A stretch of 64,000 nt of DNA from Octopus vulgaris (taxonomy: Eukaryota), in assembly GCA_951406725.2 (NCBI GenBank), contig OX597833.1, positions 56,730,001-56,794,000 on the forward strand, given 5' to 3'. The translations under genes and the position numbers were made by a program. The notes under the pieces were generated by a model. That model had not been told where the DNA came from, did not search any database, and worked only from the letters and a program-made list of their open reading frames with translations. Positions 13,076 through 25,562 of this stretch are shown here, piece by piece (position 1 is the stretch's first letter; each line of letters opens with the position of its first letter).

Positions 13076-13077
<2 letters not shown>

Positions 13078-13150
<73 letters not shown>

Positions 13151-13152
13151 TA
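13078..13152. repeat. (TA)n microsatellite
   Basis: Directly visible. Confidence 0.97.
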
Positions 13153-14116
13153 AACAAACATTGATTAATTGAATGCTGCCAAAAAAGAAATATATACTTA
13201 TCCAATTTAGCATTGTTGATATTACTATGCCTATAGAAGCAAGAAATTTAGTTTCTACTACTCAGAACTATTCAATTCACTACCCAATTTACTAATATCA
13301 CAATGAATGGTATAAACATCTCTATCAAATCAGAAATGCTTCACAAGAGAGTATATTGAGTAAAAATGACAGAACAGCTAAGCTCACTATCACCCTACAT
13401 AGCTTCAACTAGTTTGCAAGCTAGCAGGCTATTGATCTTTAATGCTTCTAGTATATGAACAACAAGATAAAAAAGTAATACCATGCTTAATATAGAGATT
13501 TTCATGTCATAGTTCTGTTTGTGATTTTGAGAAGCATGAACAGGTGTAGAGGCTTACATCAATCCGCATTCAATACATTAAGACTGGTTGTGACAATTGA
13601 AATAAATAGAATATCTATTAACAGTAAACTTCCCTGATATCTGATTCACCTTAAATTCAAATTGTACAACTACCTGTGCAAACAAGTAATTAGCTTTTTT
13701 TTAGACACAGTCTAAATATCCATCCAGCATCACCTGACAGATGGGTAGAGAAATCAATGAACGGGATAAGTATCTCATCTTTTCATAGAGTAACCTTCCG
13801 TAATAACACCACATACAATGTAAAGAGGCACGAAGAGGCAGTCAGTAAAGAGAAAAGCTGCTGTATGAACATGGTTACAACAAAATTTCCAGGAAGTGGA
13901 ACGGAAGCGAATATAAACCTGTATACACCATTAATATAGTGACTAGCAGTGACAGGCAGTATTGGTTATGTTTGCATACAAAAACATTGCACTAAGACTA
14001 TTGTTAACCCAAAGAACTATTAAATCACACCTACATTAAATAAACCATGTGAAACAAGTATAATGAGTTTCATATATCAGTTGCTTCTTCCATACATATA
14101 TATATGTGTGTGTGTG

Positions 14117-14169
<53 letters not shown>

Positions 14170-14174
<5 letters not shown>

Positions 14175-14538
14175 AATCGATCAACATCAATGGAAATTGC
14201 AGCTGTGATACCAGTGCCGGTGGCATGTAAGAGAACCATCCGATCGTGGCCGTTGCCAGCACCGCCCCGACTGGCCTCGTGCCGGTGGCACGTAAAAAGC
14301 ACCATCCGTTCGTGGCCGTTTGCCAGCCTCGTCTGGCATTTGTGCCGGTGTCACGTAAAAAGCACCCACTACACTCACAGAGTGGTTGGCGTTAGGAAGG
14401 GCATCCAGCCGTAGAAACATTGCCAGATCAGACAGGGCCTGGTGCAGCCTTCTGGCTTCTCAGACCCCAGTTGAACCGTCCAACCCATGCTAGCATGGAA
14501 AGCTGATGCTAAACAATGATGATGATGATGATGATGAT
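14170..14538 (+). mobile_element. Family C element with 3 internal ~60-bp units
   Basis: GTGCCGGTGKCAYGTAA repeated 3x, GGCGTTAGGAAGGGCATCCAGCCGTAGAAAC, (GAT)n tail. Confidence 0.88.
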
Positions 14539-14559
14539 ATATATTATCATATATAGAGA

Positions 14560-14661
14560 GAGTCACTATCAGAACTAGAGGAGAAGTTTCAAGTGTGGAA
14601 ACAAGGATTAGAATCGAAGGGCCTTAGAATCAACCTAGCTAAACCCAAAGTCTTAATAAGT
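14560..14661 (+). mobile_element. RTE reverse-transcriptase fragment
   Basis: ESLSELEEKFQVWKQGLESKGLRINLAKPKVLIS, the RTE segment following YADD. Confidence 0.8.
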
Positions 14662-15108
14662 CTTCATTAGACACTAAACTCTGCATGTGATGACCTGTTG
14701 AGGCAAATGAAATTGAAATCGAAATCAAATTCGATGACTGGCATCCATGCTAGTGGAGCGCTAAGAGCACCATCCGAGCGTGATCATCGCCAGAGCAACA
14801 AATTGGCTTCCATGCCGGTGGCACGTAAAAAGCACCGTTCAAGTGTGATTGTTACCTGCGTTGCCTTACTGGCACGTGAAAAAACATTCGAGCGAGGTCG
14901 TTGCCAGTGCCGCTGGACTGGCCCTCATGCTGATGACACGTAAAAGCACCCACTACACTCTCGGAGTGGTTGGCGTTAGGAAGGGCATCCAGCTATAGAA
15001 ACTCTGCCAGATCACATTGGAGTCTGGTGCAGTCATCTGGTTCTCCAGACCTCAGTTAAATCGTCCAACCCATGCTAGCATGGAAAGTGGACATTTAAAT
15101 GATGATGA

Positions 15109-15112
<4 letters not shown>
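14662..15112 (+). mobile_element. Family C element (variant 5' modules)
   Basis: GGCACGTAAAAAGCACC units, GGAAGGGCATCCAGC, CCCATGCTAGCATGGAAAG, (GAT)n. Confidence 0.85.
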
Positions 15113-15179
<67 letters not shown>

Positions 15180-15187
15180 ATATATAT

Positions 15188-15705
15188 CATCATCGTCATC
15201 ATCATCATCATTTAACGTTTTTTATGCTGGTATGGGTTGAATAGTATGACAGGAGCTGGCAAGACCAGAAGCCATACCAAGCTTCATTGTCTGTTTTGGC
15301 ATAGTTTCTGTAGCTGGTGCCCTCCCTAACACCAGTTGCTTTACAGAGTGCACTGAGTGTTTTTTATAATGACATCATCACCAACAGACTCACTAAGTAC
15401 CTTGCAAGACAAGAAAGACAAAAAAGTCAAAAACACCGCAACTGAGATGAGGGAGTAGTACTGAGGAGTGGCTTTGTGCCAGTTGAGAGATTAAAGGTAT
15501 AGAGGGACAGAGATAGGTGTCTTGCTGTAGATACATGGATACTCCAGTTGGAAAGGAAAAGAGAGTTAGAGAGTAAGAAAAGAAGAGTGGCAGTGAGATG
15601 GTGAAGAGTCAGAACATGTCCTCAAGGAACTTTGGGAGTAGTAAGAATAGGTGAAGTGATAGAGAGGTTTGGACTAAGTGAGTGGACAGGATAGAGACAA
15701 CTGTA
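15188..15705 (-). mobile_element. Long family-C-tailed element (homologous to 22890-23500)
   Basis: (CAT)n tail; 15600-15700 aligns with 23330-23435. Confidence 0.7.
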
Positions 15706-15769
15706 GCAACTGCTAACCTGCTCTTCTACCCCCCCCCCCCCCGCCCACACACACGCATCGGTTGTTCAT

Positions 15770-16046
15770 TCATTTTGCATTCATTTTCCCATGCCAGCAT
15801 GGACAAATGAATCCATATTACCGAGACATTGTTTTACAGCTGATACTCTCCCTGCTTGCTAACACTAATTTGTTTCAAGAGAACTTCTATTTTACAAGTC
15901 TTTGAAAGCATATAGATAACAATTTGTTGACAGAGAATTGTCAACAAAACTCACCGTCTGTAGTGCAGTGTATTACAGAGGTTAAACATTCACACAAACA
16001 CACATAACGCATGCATGCATGCGTGCACACACACACACACATGCGT

Positions 16047-16080
<34 letters not shown>

Positions 16081-16254
16081 GAGTAAACTTTGTATAGTTT
16101 CTGTCTACTTAATTTACTAACAGGGCAATAATCTGCCTGGGGCTCCAACAGAATATACATCTTGCCCAAACTGCCTCACAACTTGGACAAAGTGTTTCTT
16201 TCTGAAACCCAAAACCACATGAGTGAAAAGCAATCATTGTAACTACAGTCATGC

Positions 16255-16258
<4 letters not shown>
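15770..16258 (-). mobile_element. Degenerate CORE-head/RTE-tail SINE
   Basis: CCCATGCCAGCATGG tail, (AC)n, CTTGCCCAA CORE remnant, decayed head. Confidence 0.6.
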
Positions 16259-16294
<36 letters not shown>

Positions 16295-16302
16295 ATGCAT
16301 GC

Positions 16303-16566
16303 ATTGTTGTTTGTTCCTTTTTGAGCCATGCCTGGCTCATAAGAGCCGGTTTCCTGGTTTCATTGGCGTATAGGTTCCCCACCTGGACGGGACGCCTGTA
16401 GTTGTGGCGAAAGAGTCGGCAGAAGTTTCGCCATTACCTTCTGCCAGAGTCGCGTGGAGCTTAGGTGTTTCGCTCATAAACACACACATCGCCCGGTCTA
16501 AGATTCGAACCCGCGATCCCTCGACCGCGAGTCCGCTGCTCTAACCACTAGGCCATGTGCCTCCAC
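16303..16566 (-). mobile_element. tRNA-derived SINE (family E) with V-domain-like 3' part
   Basis: Minus strand GGCACATGGCCTAGTGGTTAGAGC..GGGTTCGAATC; 3' GGCGTCCCGTCCAGGTG..GAAACCAGGAAACCGG. Confidence 0.8.
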
Positions 16567-16621
16567 TAAAAAGTCTTTAACATTTCAGGAGTACAGCGAG
16601 ATTCACCCCACCCCACCCCAC

Positions 16622-16750
16622 AACCGGAGCCTCGTGGAGCTTAGGTGTTTTTTGCTCAATAAACACTCACAATGCCCTGTCTGGGAATTGAAACCACGTT
16701 CTTACGACTGCAAGTCCACTGCCCTAACCACTGGGCCATTGCACCTCCAC
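16622..16750 (-). mobile_element. Partial family-E-related SINE head
   Basis: GTGGAGCTTAGGTGTTT..CTAACCACTGGGCCATTGCACCTCCAC parallels 16455-16566. Confidence 0.75.
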
Positions 16751-16774
16751 ATGTGTGTGCGTGTGCGTGCGTAC

Positions 16775-16805
<31 letters not shown>

Positions 16806-17299
16806 AATACACAGACAAAATATATTGTAACTTTCTAGTTACATTATTTTACAACTCAATAATCACATTTAAACTTTAGTGGCATGTTGTTTGTTTTCTT
16901 TAATAATTTGATTTACACTTAGATAGATAGATCAGTCATAATTCAGAAGTTTCCACTGCTCACCACAGGTAGCTTAGCTGACACAGTCTAGTGTCTATAA
17001 ATATAACAATAGTTTCGCTTCATGTTCTTTCTATGATTTTCCTTTGATGAAACATCAACCTGATTTAGGTATAAAAATTAGCTTGTTTGCAGAAACAGTT
17101 CTCTCTTGGGCTTTATAAATGTAATTTCTGTGTGTCAGTGATGTAGCAAGGGTTCTCAGTAGCCAGGATCAAAGACATTAATATGTTATATGAATATCTA
17201 TCTAATCTGTTCTATCGTAAGAAACCCTTCAATGCACAATTTTAAATTATTTCTTGTACTGGATCAAGATTTCTAGATATTTCTATCTGTATCAAGAAT

Positions 17300-17730
17300 A
17301 GCTATGAAAGACAAGATTTGAAAACAGAAGGTAATGAATCAGAACAGATACTGCAATGAGTTTAGTGGGCATGTAAGGGTCCAGTGGAACTATGTTCTGA
17401 GTCCCATTTTGTTTATCAGGATCCTCCAAGCCATAACAGAGTAATTTAAGACTAGCTGTCTGAGGTAACTCCTATATAATGACGACCTTTTTCTTATAAC
17501 TGAATCTGTAGTTGAGAAGACATTCCAGACACAAAAGCAAGACTACTGTCAATAAAATAACCTTGTTCACTACACACAAAAAAGAAGTCAACAGAAATTC
17601 TATACAGGATACCCAGTGTAAATTATGGATGGAGAAAAGTGGCAAAGTAAGTCTGAATATAAACTAACGTGAACCATGATGATTCATTTCCAGCATGGAA
17701 AGCAGACATATAATGGGGATAATAATGATA
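17300..17730 (+). mobile_element. Decayed RTE LINE (RT core fragment plus tail)
   Basis: VLSPILFIRILQAITE*FKTSCLR*LLYNDDLFLITES; later CCAGCATGGAAAGCAGACA tail remnant. Confidence 0.75.
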
Positions 17731-18004
17731 ATGGATATAGACACACACAAGTGTATGCAAATGTGTATGTGTGTGTATTAATATAATCTGGTTAAAAAAA
17801 AAATCTTAATAGTGTGCTTTCAAAAGCTCCTCTGTGAGTAAAATCCATTTCTTTCTAAAATTCCATCTGGCAATGAATGAGTTTGCGATTTAAGGTTGAA
17901 TGAGTATGCTGTTTCTCTCTTCTTCGTTTCACACACAGATGGCCATGTACCTTTAGGTGCATTTATATATGAACATCTATGTAAATACAAGTACAATTAT
18001 ATGT

Positions 18005-19112
18005 ATAGAGGTATCAAAAAGTTCCTGGACTAGTTCTGTAGCATGTCAACAGATGGCAGCACAGGCGCAGTGAAAGCTACCAGTGACATTCACGAGGCAG
18101 TGTACCGAGTGACATCACAGTGTTTACTTTGCAACTTGTGAAATTTGTGATCATGTGTATGCTGTAGTCTGCAATTTTGTTATGGACAGGAAGTTGGAGC
18201 AAAGAGCAAATGTGAAATTTTGCATTAAATTTGGGATCTCTGCTACAGAGACATTGAGCATGCTTTGGCAAGCTTACGGTAATGAAGGAATAGGATCGTT
18301 GGACAATCAACAATATTGCTGATGTTGTTGGTCTGTTGTATGGATCTGTGCAGGCAATCCTAATATCTGAATTGAACATGAGGCATGTCTCTGCCAAGTT
18401 TGTCCCCTGCCTGCTGACCACTGAGCAGAAAGAACATAACACTGGAGTCTGTCGGGATCTCCATCAGCGTGCCACTGATGACTCATCTTTCATGTCAAAG
18501 ATCATCACTGGTGATGAACGTTGGGTCGACAGGTACAACCTTGAGGCAACAATCGTTGCCCTTCATCTCCACAACCAAAGAAGGCACTGTTTTTTTCCAA
18601 CATCCACAATATTGTACATTAAGAATTTATTCCCCAGGGACAGACCATCAACCGAGAGTTCTACTACAACATTTTGAAGCATCTGAGGGAAGTGACTAGA
18701 TTTGAGCATCAGTGGAAGTGACTAGATTTGTAAAGTGCAAAGAATGGGATTCTTCACAACAAAAATGCACCCTGCTACCAAGTTTCTTGCTAAAAAACAA
18801 CATGGTACTGCTTCTACACCTGCCCTATTTGCCAGATTTAGCACCTGTGGACTTCCATCTCTTCCCCAAGATGAAAATGCAGCTTAAAGGTTGCCGTTTT
18901 AACACCATTGTTGAAATCCAGAGCAAATTGTCTCACTTACAGAAAATAACTTCCAGGCCAGATTCCAAAAGTGTCAGGAACATTGGGACCAATGCATTCC
19001 TGTGCAAGGTGACTATTTTGAAGGAGATGATGTTAAAACCTAGGTAAATAAGCTATTTTTTTTTATTAAACATAACTAGTCAGGGAACTCTTTGATACCT
19101 ACTTACCTTGTA
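18005..19112 (+). mobile_element. Mariner (DD34D-type) element with TIRs and internally deleted, frameshifted transposase
   Basis: TIR AGGTATCAAAAAGTTCCTGGACTAGTT (18009-18035) vs AACTAGTCAGGGAACTCTTTGATACCT (19074-19100); MDRKLEQRANVKFC, SAKFVPCLLT, ITGDERWV, HLPYLPDLAPVDFHLFPKMK. Confidence 0.93.
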
Positions 19113-19429
19113 TCTAGGGATGCCACGACACCTATCTGATACTCTCCAACACTCCATTCTCCCTCTCTTATCCACATCACTCTAGCCATCTCAACATCTT
19201 GAGATATAACTATAAGGGACCTCATCAGATCTGTGTGTACCCTGTACATTCTACATATACACTCCCAAACCATTAGGTATCAACATATATCACTCTCTCT
19301 CACCATTTATCCACTCCTTGCTATCCATTATTCTCCCTACCATATTCTCTCTAGTGTTGGTGTCACAACAAATGTACCCAGTACCCTCTGTTATGTATGG
19401 AGTAGGACAGGTTTTTAGTCTTGGTGAAG

Positions 19430-19650
19430 ATATAAAAACTTTGCTAGAGCTGGTGCCATGGAAAATGCAGTTAGTACACTATGTAAAGTAACTACATTAG
19501 GAAGAGCATCCAACTGTAGAAACCAAACCAAAAATGAAACTTATGAGCAAGATATGGCTCTCCAATCTAAGGGGGTAGCGATGATCCACCCAACCCATGC
19601 AAGCATGGAAAGTGGAAGTAAAACAATGACAATAGTGATGATGATGATGT
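19430..19650 (+). mobile_element. Degenerate family C element
   Basis: TTAGGAAGAGCATCCAACTGTAGAAAC..ACCCATGCAAGCATGGAAAGTGGA..(GAT)n. Confidence 0.75.
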
Positions 19651-19709
<59 letters not shown>

Positions 19710-20662
19710 ATCTGTGTGTGCGCGTGGATATATTTAAATCGAAAATTGTCCATGTTATTTTCCTGGCTATTTTCCACAATTCTCGGGCGTTTATCAAACA
19801 GTCTTGTTTAGTATTTCATTCCTCGGTTGTTACATCTGTTACACATTATTGCTTGATTTTAATAAGTACAATAGACATAATGCAGCAGTAATGTTATTGT
19901 TCATTTGGACACCGAAATCTATAAACTCATTTATGATTCCTATTGATTTGTTCACTTCACTAGAAAATAAAAAAAAACACGTGAAGGAAGCAGAGAAAAT
20001 CTTTTACGGAAAGATAGCAATCAATAGCTGGTCAGTTATTAAGTGCTAATAGGTTACAACCATGAATAGGAACCAGAAACTACATGCTTCACTTCCCCTA
20101 TTAGCTTAACAGAGAATCCATTGAATTATTAATAACCGAAAAAAATACACACACAGACTCCTTTTATGATTACTGTTGTATATAATTTCAAAAATATATT
20201 TAATTAAATTATCAATTACCAACGGAGTGTATGGTGAAAATTATGGATTTAGATTTATAAAATAGTGTGAAGAAAAACAGAAAAAATAACATGATAAATA
20301 CACAACTAACTAAGAGTGTCTAATAAATTTGTGATCAAGTAAAAGTTATGTCTGGGTGGATTATTTTTTTAAACAGCTGAATTTAATGATGTTCAAGAAT
20401 GAAGAGAAACCAAGTAGGTGAACAAGAATGAATTTATAAGTCTGTTGTATAATATAATTCAGAGGTAAATATATTGATAAAGGGAAATTAATGATAAATA
20501 CTTATGAAGCAGCCAGTGAAATAAATGACTGTACAGTGTATTGGATATGTATATATGTAATAAGTGTGAATAGGCCTATACACATACATATGCGCACACA
20601 CACACACACACGCGTGTATATATGTAAGCCTGTATGTATGCATGTGTGTAAATAATATATAT

Positions 20663-20663
<1 letters not shown>

Positions 20664-20749
<86 letters not shown>

Positions 20750-20750
20750 T
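20664..20750. repeat. (GATA)n tetranucleotide microsatellite
   Basis: Directly visible. Confidence 0.98.
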
Positions 20751-22579
20751 AGATATGTAGATATATATACATATGCATACATACATGACACACACACACT
20801 ATTTATTTAGTTGTATATCATCAATAGTATATCTAGTAAGGTGTACTGCCTTGATGCAGTAGACTTTACCAGATATTTTCAGCAGATATATTATAAACAT
20901 AACACACAGACAAACATGTATATACACACATAAATTAGTATGTTTACAGAATATATAAATCTAATCTTTTCAAAGTCAAACTTAAGCTAAAAGACAGACA
21001 ATAAAATGATCAAGTAATATTAACAATGAAAATATTAAAAAGGCAAAAGAAAAATGCATTTCCTTTTTGTTATATTAAAATATTTTGGCTTCCCACTAAG
21101 TGTATGGTAAGGCCAGTGCAATCAATAGAGTGCAGAGAAATAAGTAAGATAGGAAAGATAAAATAACAATTTTTGACTATTGCAGAAATGTCACTTAAAA
21201 TAGCAGTAAAGTGAAGAAGATAGTGGCAACAATAAAAATCATTAAAATTAAGTGCAACATTAAAGGTGAAATATAAGAATACGAAAGAAATATCTTGATT
21301 AAGACTTTTGAAAAGGAAAGAAAACTGTGTAAGACAGCAACCGGAGGAAGAAAATATAGAAACAGCCAGTAATATTTAAGAATAGAAAGTTGACAGTGTG
21401 AAAGTGAAAGTGAAACAACAGTCTAGTGAGAAATTAGGTCTGCTATATCTAGATGCACGTGTACTGATAGGAATAATATTTTGCATTACTGTGTGCACAC
21501 ATTCATATACATATTAACTCACCAATCTTATTTACATTAGGCTTTGCACTAGTGTATTAAAAATGTTTTACCTTTCTTCTTTCTTCTAGAAAAACCATCA
21601 GTAATCCTTGACACTCTATTACCCATAATTTCAATTAATGTCTAAGACTGCAGGTAAATATAGCAAGGAAAACACCTAACACAGAAAAAAAATTGCCTGC
21701 TAAAATGTCAAGCTAGAGTTGATTGTTTCTAGTTAAAGCTGAAAAAGTCAATGCCCAGCAGGGAAGAGTGCATCGTCTGCAGTCAACAGCATCGTTCTAG
21801 TGTGTGGCAGCAGTGGTCAGTGTGAGCATTCAGTTTCTTATGTTATTGATGAGGCTGGATACTACACACCAAGATGGGAGCAATGAAGTGTAACCAACAG
21901 TGGATCAGTTACAGAGATGTGATATCCAGTCATCCTGGTCTCTCCTCTGTGGATGAGAAAATTGTTACAGTTGCTGAAATCAGCCTCATTCTCAGAATTT
22001 CAATCGATTATTTTGGAAAATATCAATAACAGGGATATGAAATAACAGCTGGGGAACTTTTGACACTGGCATTCACTCATTTTCTTATTTCTATTTTGTT
22101 TCTTTTGCTTCTGATGAATAGAAAGCACTTGTTTCACCAGAAAAATATTCCACAATTTTTTTTTTACTATATTTATGATAAAAAAAAAGCAATAAACACA
22201 TTATAATGATTTCTTAAGAGAGATAATGTAAAGAAAAGTTAAAGCATAGGATAGAAAGATGAAATTAGGATATGAAATTATAGGTAAAACTATTTTTGTT
22301 TTGTTTTGTTTTTCTTCTCTCTTTTTTTTTTTGCAGCCTATCTGAACATTAGATAACATTTAAAGGGAATAGGGAATTTCTTTTTTTAATATATAAAATG
22401 TAGAATTGTGAAAAGGAAGAGAATAATACAAAAATAAGAAGATTCAAATAAACTAGTGAATAGTCTAAATATCAAACATTCTAAAAATAACCTTATCATT
22501 ACAATGTTGGTTTGCTTTATGATAAATAACTATAAATGTTACCACCACCTGTGTCTCATACAAAATGTATACACACTGT

Positions 22580-22790
22580 TAGCAGGAATGATGCTGTAGA
22601 ATTGTCTGAGATAAAATCTCTTTGTAGACTTGTGCAAAAAACACAATATATAACAGGGTGATAGAAACATTGTTGCTGCAGTGACTCACAAGAACGACAG
22701 GTACATTTAAACCTATGTGAAGCTTGACAATGTTGTACACCCATATTGCCACATGCTCAAATGAAATTTGTACCTCAGTATGCATAGGAA
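22580..22790 (+). mobile_element. Diverged single arm of the fold-back MITE at 23507-23983
   Basis: TCTGAGATAAAATCTCTTTGTAGACTTGTG matches 23533-23562. Confidence 0.7.
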
Positions 22791-22889
22791 ACAGTGACTA
22801 AAACATTTACTGGTATTGTGGAAGGTTGTTGGTCTGTAGAAAACTCAGTCCATGCAAAAGAAACAAATTAAAATCACCATCTATATATC

Positions 22890-23500
22890 ACATCATTGTT
22901 GTCTCATGTCCATTTTCCATGCTAGCATGGGTTGAACAGTCTAAAAGGAGCAGGTAAGACCAAGAGCTGCACCAGATTCCATTGCCTGTTTTGGCATGGT
23001 TTCTATGGGTGGATACCCTTCCTAATGTCAACCACTTTACAGTGTGTACAGAGTGCTTTTTATCTGGGCACCAATTTCAGTGCTTTTTACATGGCACCAG
23101 CACCAACAAGGTCATCATGTAACTTCCAAAACAAAATCCCCCTCAGCTGGAAGGGGGAAATAGTAGTGATGGATGGGGTGAGGGTTGTGTCAATACATGA
23201 GAGATTAGAGATATAAAAGGACAAGGATAGGTATCTTGCTGAAGAGCAGATACATGAATACTTCAATTGAAAAAGAAAAGAGGATCAGGTGGAGAGTAAG
23301 ATAAAGACAGCAACAGTGGGAGAGATGATGGTGAAGTTGTGTCAGGACATGCCCTCAAAGGACATTGGGAGTAGTGATAATAAGTGGGGTGACACAGAGG
23401 TTCAGACCGAGTGGATGGGCAAGGTAGAGGTGACTGAGACAAATGATGGAGAGAAGTACGGGAAAGGCTCAGGGACATGGGTTGTGGAAGGTATATGAGG
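22890..23500 (-). mobile_element. Long family-C-tailed element
   Basis: TTTTCCATGCTAGCATGGGTTG tail; 5' extension homologous to 15400-15700. Confidence 0.75.
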
Positions 23501-23506
23501 ATACCA

Positions 23507-23983
23507 TTAAAAGGCATGATGTTGCACAATCATCTGAGATAAAATCTCTTCATAGACTTGTGTTAAAAACAATATATATTGTAGTAAGACAAGTATCCTC
23601 ATTACAGTGACTCGTGACAACAATGACAGATGCATTTCAATTTCCTTGATCTTCGTCAATGCCATGCACCAGATAATTACTGGTTCATATGCATTTACTA
23701 GGATACACTGATGGTGATTTCAATATAATGCTGTTTCAGTTGCACACTATAAAGTTTCTCTATAGCCCAGGAAGCTTCTGCAATACCAATCAGTGAATTG
23801 TTTTATTTTTTCACTGTTTGCTGTGTATCAAAACATGAATTTTGTGGGGGCATGGCATTGACAAGCCTCAAGAAAAGTGAACAGCATCTGTCATTCTCAT
23901 GATTCACAGTAGTAATGATGTTTGTCTAAGAAATCTATGAAGAGATTTTATTTCAGCCAATTCCACAGCGTCATGCCTTCTTA
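23507..23983. mobile_element. Fold-back MITE with long imperfect TIRs
   Basis: AAGGCATGATGTTGCACAATCATCTGAGATAAAATCTCTTCATAGA vs reverse complement of TCTATGAAGAGATTTTATTTCAGCCAATTCCACAGCGTCATGCCTT; inner arms 23588-23670 and 23846-23926 also pair. Confidence 0.85.
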
Positions 23984-23992
23984 GAGCATATA

Positions 23993-24494
23993 TATTGGGT
24001 TGAGGAATAATTCATGAGTGTTTTCAAATTTTAAAATGCACTCAGAAATAAAATGCATTGGCAAATTGTTTTATGTTATTTGAAAGAGAATTTTTTGCTC
24101 TACAAGATGATGTTTTGATTTTTTAATTTTATTGATTTTTGTGTATTTTCAGATCATTAAAATAGAATGTCAGGTAGATAAAACTGAGCATTTTCGACAC
24201 CATTTGCTTTTTGCATTTAATCAAGGTGTTAGGCCCACCAAAGCTGCTCATGATATTTGTGCTGTGTATAAAGAAGGAGCAATGCCACAAAGTACAACCT
24301 GCCGTTAGTTTTTGCACTTCAAAAATGGAAATTTTGACCACACTGGTTGACCAATTGAGTTCGATGAAGAGCAAGTGAATAAACTTTTTCATGAAAATCC
24401 ATGTCAAACAACCAGAGGATTGGAAGAGCAGATGGTTTGTAATAAAAAAAAAAGAAACTGTGTTGAACGACCTTCACTCAATGGGTAAGGTTCA
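23993..24494 (+). mobile_element. 5' half of a mariner element (mellifera-like), decayed
   Basis: Starts TATTGGGTTG; translates ECQVDKTEHFRHHLLFAFNQG..AAHDICAVY.EGAMPQSTT..FKNGNFD..PIEFDEEQ..ENPCQTTR..LHSMGKV. Confidence 0.85.
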
Positions 24495-24648
24495 TTGAAC
24501 TCAATTGGCCAACCAGTGTGTGATCCATCCTTGAGGTCAAAATTCCCATTTTTGAATCGCAAAATCCAACAGCGGGTGGTGCTTTGAGGCATTGCTCCTT
24601 CTCCATATACAGCACAAATCTCACAAATCTCGGTGGGCTTAACACTTC
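24495..24648 (-). mobile_element. Inverted second copy of the same mariner N-terminal region
   Basis: Minus strand ICAVYGEGAMPQSTTRCWILRFKNGNFDLKDGSHTGWPIEF; homologous to 24224-24365. Confidence 0.88.
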
Positions 24649-25491
24649 AAGCATGACAGAAGAGCAGTTGGATTCTACATGTCTCAATGTCAAAATGATG
24701 TGACCCAAGCAGCTGATTTCTTTTGGAGGGTTTTGTTTATAGGTAAAGGGGAAGGTAGCCCCTATGACTTTACTGAAGGGGCTCCAAAACTGGTAGAGGA
24801 GAACAAAGAAATAAATGATAACTGACATGATTCAGCTAAAGTGCTTAAAAGCACTCAATATACATGTGGTGGAGTCAACATATACATATAAATGTATATT
24901 ACACACACACACACACACCAGGTGAACAATGAGCCAGGTGAACAAAGAGAAAAAAACCAATCCTTTTCCAATAAATATTGTTGTTTTGCTAAGTCACCTC
25001 TAGCTGAATAGATAATGAAATAGTCAATAACTAATCACATAGCTGGTGATGATCTATTAAGCGGGCATGTATGAAAACTCTATATTTATGTGGTCCTAAC
25101 ATACACAGTTGTACAGAAGATAAAAAAGGGAATTTCAAGTGCTGAATGAGCACTTTGAACACCTGAACTGTAATTCCTTCTGTTATTTTTCTTGATAATT
25201 TCTAGGTCTAGCATGCTGTCAGATATTACGTTGCATAATATTTAGATCACAGATGTCTGTTTTTGTCGGATCTTTTGAAAATCTAATAGACATCTGTGAT
25301 TAAAAAAGAATTTATTCTTCATATTCACAAAGATAATTTTTCTTTCAAATTTTCATGTTTGTTATAGATTTTCTGGATTTAAAAATGTGTAAGAACATCC
25401 AAACAACTTATGATTTCATCAAAATTGAAACTATGTGGAATATCAAAAATATATGTGTTAAATATTTCTGACATGAGACTTAACAGATAGT

Positions 25492-25562
<71 letters not shown>

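Noticed and set aside
16490-16566. tRNA-like sequences (also 10365-10437 and ~61255-61310)
   Set aside because: They continue into SINE bodies and lack a complete acceptor stem; treated as SINE heads
19215-19232. Minus-strand CTGATGAGGTCCC
   Set aside because: No downstream GAAA and stem partner found
21750-22070. Moderately GC-rich unique stretch with a short open frame
   Set aside because: No recognisable protein motif or convincing splice sites
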